64,000 nucleotides of DNA from Nitrososphaerota archaeon (GCA_016184315.1 JACPCU010000021.1:10050-74049), one strand, 5' to 3'; shown: positions 23,931-33,477, numbered from the stretch's first letter. Notes: generated from the sequence alone by a model not told the origin. Made by a program: numbers and translations.

Positions 23931-24901
23931 ATGGTTGACCCTATTCTGACAGCATCAATCATAGTTCCACTATTAGTGTTGCTCTACATTTTCACGCTAG
24001 GTTTCAGGATCGTCATACCAACCGAAAGAGGCCTAGTTGAGAGACTCGGAAAACATGAGCGTTTCGTGGAGCCCGGATTCCACTGGATCATCCCCGTTGT
24101 CCACAGAATGTTTAAAGTGAACATAACAGAAAAGATGGTCACCGTTGCACAGCAAGCAATCATCACTAAGGACAAACTGAACGCCCAGGTGAGCGCCCAA
24201 ATCTACTTCAAAGTGAAGCCAGAGGAGGGCACGGTAAAGGCGAGCCAGTACAACGTCAACAAAGTAGATGAACAGATAGTAGCCTTGGCTCAAACTACTC
24301 TCCGAAACATTATCGGCACCAACACTGACGGAGGCCAACAGTGAGAGGAGCAGGATCAACAGCGACCTCATGAAGACCTTGAGCGAAGAAACAAAGCACT
24401 GGGGAATGCAAGTCGTCAGAGCCGAGCTCAGGGAGATAGATCCGCCTCCAGACGTGCAGGAGACCATGAACAAGGTCGTCAAAGCTGAAAACGAGAAGAC
24501 TGCTGCAAGAGACTTCTCAGAAGCAAAAAGAGACCCAGGCAGACGGCGAGCGCAGAGTAGCCATCAAGATCGCCGAGGGCAGGAAACAAGCGGAGATCCT
24601 CGAAGTAGAAGGAAGGAGGCAAGCTCTCATACTTGAAGGAGAAGGCAAGGCCAAAGCACTGGAAACAGTGTTCACCGCCTCTGAGCAATGCTTCAAAGGA
24701 GGCGCAATAACACTGCGCCAAATAGAAGTAGTGGAGAACTCTCTAAAAGAGAACAGCGTCTTCATAGTCCCAGAAGACCAGCAGCTAGTGAACCTCATCA
24801 GTGGAATCGCAGGAGCAGGCACCGTCATGATCCCGATGGGCAAGAAGACCAATACTGGCGAAGAGCAATCCAAAGAATCAGCTGCCAAATCTAGAAAGTA
24901 G
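23931..24901 (+). pseudogene. SPFH/stomatin-prohibitin (band 7) family gene interrupted by two +1 frame shifts
   Basis: Three consecutive ORFs in frames 0, 1 and 2 (23931..24344, 24370..24636, 24668..24901) together read as one SPFH protein: TM helix, IVIPTERGLVERLGKHERFVEPGFHWIIP...LRNIIGT | TLTEANSERSRINSDLMKTLSEETKHWGMQVVRAELREIDPPPDVQETMNKVVKAENEKTAARDFSEAK | ETQADGERRVAIKIAEGRKQAEILEVEGRRQALILEGEGKAKALE... Breaks are near 24318-24323 and at the A5 run 24525-24529. Confidence 0.8.
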
Positions 24902-25009
24902 CAGTCAGAGCTACCGCTCTGATTACCACATAACTCAAGGTTCCATATGACAAACCAGCAAAGATTTAAAAGCAGTCAACGGATCGGCGTTTGAAGCAGC
25001 TGATTAACG

Positions 25010-26017
25010 ATGGGCCATCGAAAGTACAACGCACCTAGACGAGGTTCCCTAGCCTACAGGCCAAGAGGCAGAGCGGCCAGCCCCATACCATGGTTTCGCA
25101 ACTGGCCCCAGATTGAAGGCGACAAGCCTGCTCTACTTGGACACGCAGGATTCAAAGCAGGCTCCCTACACGTAATCACTGTAGATGACAGGGAGAAGAC
25201 ACCCAACTACGGCAAACCCCTGTTCAACCACGCAACAATAATAGCAACACCACCAATCCTAATATCTGGACTCAGAGCATACACCAAAACAAATACAGGA
25301 CTACAAACCCTAGCCGACGCCTACATCAAAGATCTGCCCAAAGAAGCTACTAAGAAGACCACCATCAAACCCAAGCCCATCGAAGAAACGATAAAAAAAA
25401 TTGAAAACAGCATAGAGAAGATAGAATGCTTCTCCGTCCACGGATATCTTTCTCCCAAAGACGCACGTCTACCCCAGAGGACACCTGTAATCTTTGAAAT
25501 CGGGGTGGGAGGAGGAAATAAGAAGACCCAACTGCAATACATTACTTCAATCTTAGGTAAAAAGATCCCTATCTCAGAATTTACGACGCCTGGCACATAT
25601 GTTGATGTCGCAGCCGTAAGCAAGGGCAAAGGATTCGAAGGCCCCATCACCCGATTCGGAGTAAAAACCAAGCAAGCGAAGTCACGCAAAAGTGTTCGCG
25701 CCGTGGCAGTCATAGGCCCATGGCATCCTGCTGCAGTAACCTATACTGTGCCAAGAGGAGGTCAGATGGGCTACCACCACCGAACAGAGTTCAACAAGAA
25801 GGTTCTCGCAGTAGGCAACGGAAAGGAGCATCCCCTCACCCCTAAAGGAGGCTTCCCGCATTACGGAGTAGTGGACGGCGACTACATTATTCTGAAAGGG
25901 TCAGTGCCAGGTCCAGCGAAGAGACCTATAAGGTTCAGGAGACCAATAAGGAAAGATTCAGCAAAAGTCCAGACTCCGAAGATCCTTGAAGTTAGCACAG
26001 TAGGAGCAGTGGCGTAA
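25010..26017 (+). CDS. rpl3: Ribosomal protein uL3
   Basis: 335 aa. MGHRKYNAPRRGSLAYRPRGRA. First gene of the canonical archaeal L3-L4-L23-L2-S19-L22-S3 order. Confidence 0.95.
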   Translation: MGHRKYNAPRRGSLAYRPRGRAASPIPWFRNWPQIEGDKPALLGHAGFKAGSLHVITVDDREKTPNYGKPLFNHATIIATPPILISGLRAYTKTNTGLQTLADAYIKDLPKEATKKTTIKPKPIEETIKKIENSIEKIECFSVHGYLSPKDARLPQRTPVIFEIGVGGGNKKTQLQYITSILGKKIPISEFTTPGTYVDVAAVSKGKGFEGPITRFGVKTKQAKSRKSVRAVAVIGPWHPAAVTYTVPRGGQMGYHHRTEFNKKVLAVGNGKEHPLTPKGGFPHYGVVDGDYIILKGSVPGPAKRPIRFRRPIRKDSAKVQTPKILEVSTVGAVA

Positions 26018-26019
26018 GA

Positions 26020-26823
26020 ATGAATGTACCACTCTTAAACCTAGACGGCTCCAAAACTGGAGAAGTCTCTCTTCCACCGGTATTCTCAACCCCCATCAGA
26101 CCTGACTTAATTCATAGAGTATACGTCTCACAGCGTTCGCACAGCAAACAGCCCCAAGGAACTGACTTGGAAGCTGGAGAAAAGACAAGTGCCCAGTCAT
26201 GGGGAGTAGGAAGAGGAGTAGCAAGAATACCTAGGGTGAAAGGTGAACGCCATCCGAAAGCCGGTCAAGCAGCAGGAGCGGCCAGCATAGTGGGCGGAAG
26301 AATCCCTCACCCCCCTAGAGCTGAAAAAAACATCTATCAGCGAGTCAACAAGAAGGAAAGACTTCTAGCAACTGCATCTGCCATAGCAGCCTCATCTAAG
26401 AAAGAACTGGTTGTGAAAAGAGGCCATAGGCTTTCAGCAGATACATCTTATCCACTGATAATTTCAGATGAAGTCGAAGAATTGGTCAAAGCAAAAGATC
26501 TACGCTCCACTCTTTTAAAACTAGGATTCGAAGGAGAGTTAAAACGCATATCCAAGGGCCGCAAAACCGCCTCTGGAACTACAGCTCTCAGAGGAAGAGT
26601 GACCAGAACACCGCTAGGCCCACTGATAGTTGTTGCAGAAGATAAAGGGATCAGCAAAGCTGCAGACGGTCTTCCAGGAGTAGAATGGACACTAGCAAGA
26701 GATCTCTCAATTCTCCAACTTGCACCTGGCGGCCACCTAAGTCGGCTGACAATATGGTCTAAAAGTTCCTTGGATCATCTGTCACCAATTCTTGTAAGGA
26801 GGGTTACACCTATTGCGATCTGA
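26020..26823 (+). CDS. rpl4: Ribosomal protein uL4
   Basis: 267 aa. SQRSHSKQPQGTDLEAGEKTSAQSWGVGRGVARIPRVKG. Operon position. Confidence 0.93.
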   Translation: MNVPLLNLDGSKTGEVSLPPVFSTPIRPDLIHRVYVSQRSHSKQPQGTDLEAGEKTSAQSWGVGRGVARIPRVKGERHPKAGQAAGAASIVGGRIPHPPRAEKNIYQRVNKKERLLATASAIAASSKKELVVKRGHRLSADTSYPLIISDEVEELVKAKDLRSTLLKLGFEGELKRISKGRKTASGTTALRGRVTRTPLGPLIVVAEDKGISKAADGLPGVEWTLARDLSILQLAPGGHLSRLTIWSKSSLDHLSPILVRRVTPIAI

Positions 26824-27079
26824 AGCCGCGTTGAAGATTGTCGTCAGGCCCTATATGACTGAGAAGACTTTCGATCTGCTTGAGAAGCAGAACAAACTGG
26901 TCTTCATAATAGATGATAATGCCAACAAGAGCTCAGTGAAGCAGGCTGTAGAAACCCTATACAAAGTCAAAGTAGAATCAGTGAACACAGTTAGGACAAC
27001 GATTGGAAAGAAAGCTTATGTAAGGCTCACCAAGGAAAGCTCCGCATCAGAGATAGCCTCAAGACTAGGGTTGATGTAG
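26813..27079 (+). CDS. rpl23: Ribosomal protein uL23
   Basis: 88 aa. VVRPYMTEKTFDLLEKQNKLVFIIDDNANKSSVKQAVETLYKVKV. The start may be a few codons downstream. Confidence 0.92.
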   Translation: MRSEAALKIVVRPYMTEKTFDLLEKQNKLVFIIDDNANKSSVKQAVETLYKVKVESVNTVRTTIGKKAYVRLTKESSASEIASRLGLM

Positions 27080-27083
27080 ACAC

Positions 27084-27824
27084 ATGGGTAAACGAATCCT
27101 TATACAGCACCGTGGCAAAGCAGGAATGCAGTACCGAGCCCCACCGAAGGGAAGAATCGCCCCCGCCAAATACCCGTTTTTCCGAGAAGAGATCACGACA
27201 TCCGGGCGAGTCATGGGTCTCTCGCATGAGCAGGGAAGAGGTGTTCCTTTGGCCAGAGTAGAGTATGACAATGGGCTTACCGGCTATCTTCCAGCTGTAG
27301 AAGGCTTGGCAGTAGGCTCTTCGATCACTCTTGGAAAGAACGCTGAAATGAGTCTTGGAAACATTCTTCCCCTAGCAAACATACCTGAAGGCAGCAGCAT
27401 CTGCAACATTGAACGCCTCTTCGGAGACGGCGGCAAGCTAGTCAGAACTGGAGGAGGATCAGCCATCCTCTTCACCCATACCCCCTCAGGATCAGTGATC
27501 AGGCTTCCCTCAGGCAAATCCATCACTCTAAACCAGAACTGCAGGGCCACTATCGGAAAGATAGCTGGAGGAGGCCGACTGGAAAAGCCACTCCTAAGGG
27601 CAGGCGAAAACTTCAGGAAGCACATGGCAAAGAACCAGATGTATCCAAGAGTAAGAGGAATCGCCATGATCTCCGCTTACCATCCGTTCGGAGGAGGCCG
27701 ACACCAGCATCCAGGCAAATCCACTTCAACATCAAGAAACGCTCCTCCTGGAAGAAAAGTAGGCCACATCGCTCCAAGAAAGACTGGTCGGAAGAGGATA
27801 CCTAGGGTGCAGGCAGGTAGCTAG
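27084..27824 (+). CDS. rpl2: Ribosomal protein uL2
   Basis: 246 aa. MGKRILIQHRGKAG...YHPFGGGRHQHPGKSTS. Confidence 0.95.
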   Translation: MGKRILIQHRGKAGMQYRAPPKGRIAPAKYPFFREEITTSGRVMGLSHEQGRGVPLARVEYDNGLTGYLPAVEGLAVGSSITLGKNAEMSLGNILPLANIPEGSSICNIERLFGDGGKLVRTGGGSAILFTHTPSGSVIRLPSGKSITLNQNCRATIGKIAGGGRLEKPLLRAGENFRKHMAKNQMYPRVRGIAMISAYHPFGGGRHQHPGKSTSTSRNAPPGRKVGHIAPRKTGRKRIPRVQAGS

Positions 27825-27826
27825 CC

Positions 27827-28222
27827 ATGGTCAGAGAATTCAAGTACAGAGGCTATACTCTACAACAGCTTCAAAGCCTATCCTTAGAGAACTTCCTCGC
27901 CTTGCTCCCGTCTAGGCAGAGACGCTCACTCAACAGAAGCATCTCCAACGAGAAGAGGAAGCTGCTAGAGGATATTCGGACCGCCAAGGAAAGCTCCGCC
28001 GCCAAACCTATCAAGACTCATGCTCGGGACATGGTCATCTTACCCTACATGGTCGGAGTATCAGTCCAGATTCACAACGGAAAAGATTTCATCGCCCTAG
28101 AAATCAAACCTGAGATGATCGGACACTACTTAGGTGAGTACGTGAGCACAATAAAGAAGGTTACACATGGCACACCCGGCATAGGCGCATCAAGATCAAG
28201 CCTCTACGTGCCTCTCAAATAG
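27827..28222 (+). CDS. rps19: Ribosomal protein uS19
   Basis: 131 aa. HARDMVILPYMVGVSVQIHNGKDFIALEIKPEMIGHYLGEYVSTIKKVTHGTPG. Confidence 0.95.
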   Translation: MVREFKYRGYTLQQLQSLSLENFLALLPSRQRRSLNRSISNEKRKLLEDIRTAKESSAAKPIKTHARDMVILPYMVGVSVQIHNGKDFIALEIKPEMIGHYLGEYVSTIKKVTHGTPGIGASRSSLYVPLK

Positions 28223-28288
28223 CATTAATGGCAGCGAAGGGTTTTTATCTACAATGAATAAGGGTTCTCCCTGCTTTGGGGAAGCGAA

Positions 28289-28750
28289 GTGCCGGTTTTC
28301 AAGTACAGCTTCAAAGGATACGATCCCATCACTCATGTCCGGGCGAGCGGGAGAGAAGTCGACTTTAGCCCCAAGGCTGCAAGAGAAGCTTGTACCACAA
28401 TCAAAGGCAAGCTGCTTCCTGATGCAAAGTCTTATCTTGAGAGGGTATCAGAGATGAAGGAAGCCCTTCCACTCAGACGCTACAACAAAGAGGTGGGTCA
28501 CCGACGCCAGCTGCAAGGCTTCCACTCAGGAGCCTACCCTGTTAAGACTGTAAAGGGGATATTAGAGATCTTGAATAACCTTGAGGCGAACGCAGGCTTC
28601 AAGGGGATGAACACCGACAGATTACAGATAATTCACGCAGCAGCTCACAGAGGTTTGAAGGTTAAGAATTATACTCCAAGGGCGCAGGGCAGATCTTCAC
28701 CTTCATATAACATTCTGACTCATATCGAGCTGGTTGCTAAGGAGGTCTAG
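28289..28750 (+). CDS. rpl22: Ribosomal protein uL22
   Basis: 153 aa with a GTG start. HVRASGREVDFSPKAAREACTTIKG...RAQGRSSPSYNILTHIELV. Confidence 0.93.
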   Translation: MPVFKYSFKGYDPITHVRASGREVDFSPKAAREACTTIKGKLLPDAKSYLERVSEMKEALPLRRYNKEVGHRRQLQGFHSGAYPVKTVKGILEILNNLEANAGFKGMNTDRLQIIHAAAHRGLKVKNYTPRAQGRSSPSYNILTHIELVAKEV

Positions 28751-28753
28751 TGA

Positions 28754-29479
28754 TTGTCTGGGTACGAAGAGCAATACGCAATTAAGAGCGTCATGAAAAG
28801 GCAGATTCGGAACAGCGAACTGGACGAATTTCTCACCAAGCAGCTGGCTGATGCAGGTTATGGGGGCGCCGACATTCAGAGGACCCCGCTCGGTACTAGG
28901 ATAACCGTCTACGTTACTAGGCCGGGTCTTGTGATCGGCCGAGGCGGTGTTGGAATAAAAGCCTTGACTGAAAAAGTGGAGCATCAATTCGGTTTGGCAA
29001 GTCCACAGATATCAGTCATGGAGGTTGAAATTCCTGAGCTTAACCCACGAATTATGGCTGGGAGAATAGCTCACACAGTTTCAAGGGGAACAGCGTTCCG
29101 AAGGGCAGCCCTGTGGGCTATGAATTCGATTATGAACGCGGGGGCTATGGGCGTTGAAATTAAGATAGCTGGCAAACTAAGAAGTGAAAGGTCTCACTTT
29201 GAGAAGTATCGGGCAGGAGTGATCCCGAAGAGCGGTTTTACCGTTGAAAGAGTTGTAAGGCAGGCAACTGCTGATGTTCTGCTGAAAATGGGTTTGTATG
29301 GAATCAATGTTAAGATATCTTTGAAGGATGCTTTTCCGCCAGAAGTTCAGTTCTTAGAGCCGGTGAAAGACCAGCAGGCCGAGCAGACAACTGAGAATGC
29401 ACCTGAGCAGACAACCGAGCAGCAAGTTGAAGCAAAGGAGGCTTCAAACGATGAACAGGCTAAAGGCGAAGACGCTTAG
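28754..29479 (+). CDS. rps3: Ribosomal protein uS3
   Basis: 241 aa. KH domain (VIGRGGVGIKALTEKVE), S3 C-terminal domain, acidic/Q-rich tail. Confidence 0.95.
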   Translation: MSGYEEQYAIKSVMKRQIRNSELDEFLTKQLADAGYGGADIQRTPLGTRITVYVTRPGLVIGRGGVGIKALTEKVEHQFGLASPQISVMEVEIPELNPRIMAGRIAHTVSRGTAFRRAALWAMNSIMNAGAMGVEIKIAGKLRSERSHFEKYRAGVIPKSGFTVERVVRQATADVLLKMGLYGINVKISLKDAFPPEVQFLEPVKDQQAEQTTENAPEQTTEQQVEAKEASNDEQAKGEDA

Positions 29480-29675
29480 AGAACAAACTGAAGAAGATCT
29501 TCAGAAGAAGCTCTCCGAGCTGGGTGTAGAGCTATCTAAGCTTAGAAACAGCTCAGCAAGGGGGACAATAAAGAAAGATTCAGGCAAGGTCAGAGCTGCT
29601 AGACGCAACGTGGCCCGCATACTGACTGTCCTTAACGAGAAGAAACGCGGAGCAGAGGTGAAAACACAGTCTTGA
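29451..29675 (+). CDS. rpl29: Ribosomal protein uL29
   Basis: ORF track 29397..29675. The likely start is ATG at 29451 (MNRLKAKTLREQTEEDLQKKLSELGVELSKLR), overlapping the uS3 3' end. Confidence 0.9.
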   Translation: MNRLKAKTLREQTEEDLQKKLSELGVELSKLRNSSARGTIKKDSGKVRAARRNVARILTVLNEKKRGAEVKTQS

Positions 29676-29944
29676 AGATGTCTCCAGCAAACATTCTGAG
29701 ACACGAGTTAATCGGCTTGCACTGCAACATCTTGGATTCAGAGGACGATTCTTTGAAAGGACTAAGCGGAATCATCGTAGATGAAACCAGAAACACCCTG
29801 AGGATAGACATAGAAGGCCGTGTCAAGATCATTCCAAAGGAAACGGTAAGTCTGAATCTGAAGTTACCCGCTGGGATTAACGTCATGGTCGACGGCAGCG
29901 CATTCCACGGCCGGCCTGAAGAAAGACTTGTGAGGAGAGCATAG
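29672..29944 (+). CDS. rnp1: RNase P protein component 1 (Rpp29/Pop4)
   Basis: 90 aa. ILRHELIGLHCNILDSEDDSLKGLSGIIVDETRNTLRID. Conserved archaeal position between L29 and S17. Confidence 0.88.
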   Translation: MKMSPANILRHELIGLHCNILDSEDDSLKGLSGIIVDETRNTLRIDIEGRVKIIPKETVSLNLKLPAGINVMVDGSAFHGRPEERLVRRA

Positions 29945-29946
29945 CT

Positions 29947-30267
29947 ATGAAGAGCATAGGTCTAGACGTGAAACCCCCTTCAAAATCTTGCGACGACCCT
30001 GTTTGCCCATTCCATGGCTCGCTATCTGTTAGAGGAAGAGTGCTCAGAGGAAGAGCTGCCAGCGTCAAGGCCAGAAACCTAGCTGTAGTTGAGCGAGAGT
30101 ACTTGCACTATGTGTCCAAGTATATGCGATATGAAAAGCGTTCAAGCAGGATAAGTGCCCATCTGCCTCCCTGCCTAGATGTTAAGGAAGGTGACGAGGT
30201 CACTGTCGCTGAATGCAGACCTCTAGCCAAATCGATAGCATTCGTAATAGTTGAGAAGGTGAGCTGA
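29947..30267 (+). CDS. rps17: Ribosomal protein uS17
   Basis: 106 aa. CDDPVCPFHGSLSVRGRVLRG...YEKRSSRISAHLPPCLDVKEGDEVTVAECRPLAKS. Confidence 0.95.
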   Translation: MKSIGLDVKPPSKSCDDPVCPFHGSLSVRGRVLRGRAASVKARNLAVVEREYLHYVSKYMRYEKRSSRISAHLPPCLDVKEGDEVTVAECRPLAKSIAFVIVEKVS

Positions 30268-30271
30268 ATCC

Positions 30272-30706
30272 ATGTCGACGAAGTCTAGAGCAGTATCCGC
30301 GAAGGGTGTACAAGAATTCAAGCTATACATTACCAGATCCATCCCTGTCAGCGCGGTGATCGTCTGCGCCGACAATACGGGTGCCAAGACTCTAAAAGTC
30401 GTTCAGGTAACTGGCTACAAAGGCAGGCTGCGAAGGGTTCCTGCAGCATCCGTGGGTGATCATATCACTGTAGTTGTAAAGAAAGGTCCCCCTGATCTGA
30501 GGAACCAGACCTTCGGAGCAGTGATCGTCAGACAGAAGTATCCGGTAAGAAGGATCAGCGGGACACGCGTATCATTCGAGGATAATGCTGCTGTCATAAT
30601 AACTCCTGAAGGAGAATTGAAGGGTACCGACATCAAAGGTCCTGTGGCAACAGAAGCAGCTGAAAGATGGCCTAGGATAGCAAACCTCGCCACAATAATA
30701 GTGTAG
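30272..30706 (+). CDS. rpl14: Ribosomal protein uL14
   Basis: 144 aa. VIVCADNTGAKTLKVVQV...FEDNAAVIITPEGELKGT. Confidence 0.95.
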   Translation: MSTKSRAVSAKGVQEFKLYITRSIPVSAVIVCADNTGAKTLKVVQVTGYKGRLRRVPAASVGDHITVVVKKGPPDLRNQTFGAVIVRQKYPVRRISGTRVSFEDNAAVIITPEGELKGTDIKGPVATEAAERWPRIANLATIIV

Positions 30707-30708
30707 AA

Positions 30709-31077
30709 GTGATAATAGATATGTCATCGAAGCCTTCAAAAGTTCGCCGCAGCTTATTCAACGCCCCTATACATCAGAGGTCAGGTAGAGTTTCCGCAAC
30801 TCTCTCAGAGGATCTGAGGACCAAACACGGTCTTCGTTCCATAAGAGTTGTTAAAGGTGACTCGGTGAAGGTGCTTAGAGGTGAATACAAGGGTATTGAG
30901 GGAAAAGTTATCAGGGTTTACACCAAAGCCGGTAGGCTTTCATTGGAAGGTGTAACCAGAGAGAAGATTGCTGGAGGTACTGTGCCTGTGAGAATTCATG
31001 CTTCAAAGGTCGCTGTAACAACCCTTAATCTTGATGACAAGCTGCGGAAAAGCAGACTAGAAGGGTCCAAAAAGTAG
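30709..31077 (+). CDS. rpl24: Ribosomal protein uL24
   Basis: 122 aa. KOW motif (VVKGDSVKVLRGEYKGIEGKVIRV). The likely true start is ATG at 30721 (MSSKPSKVRR). Confidence 0.93.
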   Translation: MIIDMSSKPSKVRRSLFNAPIHQRSGRVSATLSEDLRTKHGLRSIRVVKGDSVKVLRGEYKGIEGKVIRVYTKAGRLSLEGVTREKIAGGTVPVRIHASKVAVTTLNLDDKLRKSRLEGSKK

Positions 31078-31089
31078 AGAGGATAAGAT

Positions 31090-31821
31090 ATGGCTCGCAT
31101 GGGTCCAGCTACAAAGGTCAAGAGGTCAACGGTACCCGGCTTCTGGAGACTTCCCAGAAAGACCTTTGAGTTCAGCATCAGGACTTCTTCTGGTCCTCAT
31201 CCTATTGATCGGTCCTATCCGCTTCTTGTTCTGCTCAGAGACGTGCTCCAAGTGGTGAAGACAGCCAGGGAATCTGACGCAGTGCTCAGAGAAGGAAAGG
31301 TGCTTGTTGACGGTGTCCCCAGGGCTAGAGGCAACTTTCCCGCCGGTCTTATGGACGTGGTTGAGATACCATCTATAGGAAAGGTTTACAGGCTTCTGCC
31401 CCACAGACGTTACTCTCTCTACCCGGTGTCTGTGAAGGAGTCTGAGAAGTCTCTGAAACTCTGTCTGGTTAAAACGAAACAGACTGTCGCTAAAGGCAAG
31501 ATTCAGCTAGGGCTTCATGATGGAAAGAGCGTTCTGCTCGATGATGGTTCAACGATAAAACGGGGAGATGCATGTCTCCTAGATCTTTCCACCGGTAAAA
31601 TCACTGGTTCTTTCAGACTAGAGAAGGGCAGCCAAGCTCTAGCAATTAGAGGCGAAAAAGCAGGCTTGATAGGCACCGTGGAGGAGATCAAGGCTGGCAC
31701 AGCTACTCGCCCCGCTATGGCAACCCTTTCCATAGAGGGTTCAACAACTGAACTGCCCGTTCATCTAGTAATGCCCCTAGGCAAAGAGAGGCTTCCATTA
31801 ACTGTAACATCGGAGGAGTAG
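31090..31821 (+). CDS. rps4e: Ribosomal protein eS4
   Basis: 243 aa. MARMGPATKVKRSTVPGFWRLPRKTFEF, S4 and KOW-like domains. Confidence 0.93.
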   Translation: MARMGPATKVKRSTVPGFWRLPRKTFEFSIRTSSGPHPIDRSYPLLVLLRDVLQVVKTARESDAVLREGKVLVDGVPRARGNFPAGLMDVVEIPSIGKVYRLLPHRRYSLYPVSVKESEKSLKLCLVKTKQTVAKGKIQLGLHDGKSVLLDDGSTIKRGDACLLDLSTGKITGSFRLEKGSQALAIRGEKAGLIGTVEEIKAGTATRPAMATLSIEGSTTELPVHLVMPLGKERLPLTVTSEE

Positions 31822-31825
31822 ACCT

Positions 31826-32362
31826 ATGGCTGTGTCACCCACTACAACAGTTCTGGAAAACCCGATGCGAAGAGTCAAGCTTGCAAAGGTGGTCCTGAAC
31901 ATAGGTGTAGGTAAGTCTGGTGAAGCAGTGGAAAGAGCCAAGGTGGTTCTGGAAGAAGTATCATCGCAGTCTCCTACTACTACAAGGGCCAGACGGACCA
32001 TTCGTGAATTCGGTATTCACAAAGGTGAACCAATAGGTGTAGTGACCACTCTAAGAGGCCGATTGGCATCTGAAGCTTTGAAACGTTTACTGCAGGCCAA
32101 GACGTCCCGTATCCCTTCATCATCGTTTGATGTAGGAGGAAACTGTAGTTTCGGTATCAAGGAACACATTGATATTCCCGGTGCTTCCTACAAGCCTGAG
32201 ATAGGTATCTTTGGAATGGACGTGACTGTTGTTCTCGGGAGACCTGGCTACAGGGTTGCTCGCCGTAGACGCGGTCGGAGCCGTGTTGGAAAACGCCATG
32301 TAGTTACCAAAGAGGATGCTGTAGAGTTCTTCAAGAGAGATCTGGGTGTAGAGGTGTATTAG
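31826..32362 (+). CDS. rpl5: Ribosomal protein uL5
   Basis: 178 aa. [22 protein letters not shown]...[11 protein letters not shown]...GMDVTVVL. Confidence 0.95.
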   Translation: MAVSPTTTVLENPMRRVKLAKVVLNIGVGKSGEAVERAKVVLEEVSSQSPTTTRARRTIREFGIHKGEPIGVVTTLRGRLASEALKRLLQAKTSRIPSSSFDVGGNCSFGIKEHIDIPGASYKPEIGIFGMDVTVVLGRPGYRVARRRRGRSRVGKRHVVTKEDAVEFFKRDLGVEVY

Positions 32363-32364
32363 TT

Positions 32365-32526
32365 TTGAAGATTAGACATGGTAAACCTAGGAAGTATGGG
32401 AAGGGCTCCAGATGGTGCAGACGCTGTGGCCAATACAATGCTCTGATACAGATGTATGGTCTCAACCTGTGCAGACAGTGCTTCAGAGAAGTAGCCCCTA
32501 AGATAGGCTTCAAGAAATACGAGTAA
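32365..32526 (+). CDS. rps14: Ribosomal protein uS14 (zinc-binding type)
   Basis: Below the ORF-track cutoff. Own translation from TTG at 32365: (M)[52 protein letters not shown] (53 aa) with CxxC...CxxC. Expected slot between uL5 and uS8. Confidence 0.9.
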   Translation: MKIRHGKPRKYGKGSRWCRRCGQYNALIQMYGLNLCRQCFREVAPKIGFKKYE

Positions 32527-32546
32527 ACATATGGAGACATGAAGAA

Positions 32547-32939
32547 ATGCCTGCTCAAAACATTCTGGCCAACCTCTTCTCAACCATCTACAACAATGAG
32601 TTGAGGAACAAGAAGGAATGCATGGTAATCCCTGCATCCAAACTAGCAAGCGAAGTGTTACGGACGATGCAGCGACAGAAGTATCTAGGTGAATTCGAGC
32701 TGATCGACGACGGAATCTCTGGGAAATTCAGGATACAGTTGCTGGGCCGAATCAACAAGTGTGGAGTCATTACCCCTAGATTCGCAGTTACACTGGATGA
32801 CTTCATCAGGTGGGAGAGGCAATACCTACCTGCCGTAGGAGTCGGTGTGCTTATCGTTTCTACGTCTCAGGGAGTCATGTCCCACGCAGAGGCTGTTGAG
32901 AAAGGAGTAGGAGGGAGGCTGCTCGGATATGTCTTCTGA
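32547..32939 (+). CDS. rps8: Ribosomal protein uS8
   Basis: 130 aa. LANLFSTIYNNELRNKKECMVIPASKLASEVLRTMQRQKYLGEFELIDDG. Confidence 0.95.
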   Translation: MPAQNILANLFSTIYNNELRNKKECMVIPASKLASEVLRTMQRQKYLGEFELIDDGISGKFRIQLLGRINKCGVITPRFAVTLDDFIRWERQYLPAVGVGVLIVSTSQGVMSHAEAVEKGVGGRLLGYVF

Positions 32940-33477
32940 GAAGAAATTAGATGAAGTGGTCATGACGATGCCTGAAGGTGTTAAGCAGTCGCTTCAAGGC
33001 CGTGTCCTTACTATTCAAGGTCCTCTCGGGAAAATCTCCAAGGACTTCTCCAAGGTATACGTCTCCTTGGAGAGCAGGGACGGTTCAGTTGTCATCAAGT
33101 CGTATGGCGCCAGACGGAGGGATGCGGCTGCGTTAAACACTGTTCGTTCCCATTTGAGGAACATGATTGATGGAGTAACAAAAGGCTATGTCTACCGCCT
33201 TAAGGTTGTTTACGCCCATTTCCCCTCATCTGTGAAAACTAAGGGTAATACTGTGCTGGTCGAGAACTTCTACGGCGAGCGTTCTCCCCGAGTTGCAGAG
33301 ATAATTGGAACATGCAAGGTTTCAGTTGAAGGAGACGATGTCATAATCAAAGGAGTTTCAAAAGAGGATGTCGGTCAGACTGCAGCTAATATTGAGCAGG
33401 CTACAAGAGTTAAGCGTAAGGATCAAAGGGTCTTCCTAGACGGTGTATACGTATATGAGCGAACCAAAGGTCAGTAA
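32929..33477 (+). CDS. rpl6: Ribosomal protein uL6
   Basis: 182 aa. GPLGKISKDFSKVYVSLESRDGSVVIKS...YRLKVVYAHFP. Confidence 0.93.
   Translation: MSSEKKLDEVVMTMPEGVKQSLQGRVLTIQGPLGKISKDFSKVYVSLESRDGSVVIKSYGARRRDAAALNTVRSHLRNMIDGVTKGYVYRLKVVYAHFPSSVKTKGNTVLVENFYGERSPRVAEIIGTCKVSVEGDDVIIKGVSKEDVGQTAANIEQATRVKRKDQRVFLDGVYVYERTKGQ

Noticed and set aside
24033-24482. 149-aa minus-strand ORF across the first SPFH frame break
   Set aside because: It is antisense to recognisable SPFH coding sequence. It exists only because the sense gene is stop-poor on the opposite strand.
23931-24901. Programmed +1 ribosomal frameshifting as the explanation for the split SPFH gene (and the Rhs tip-2 toxin at 18450-18520)
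   Set aside because: Two consecutive programmed shifts in one small gene would be unprecedented. I see no slippery site plus stimulatory structure. Simple indels (one at an A5 run) explain the pattern, so I treat these as pseudogenes or sequence errors until reads are checked.
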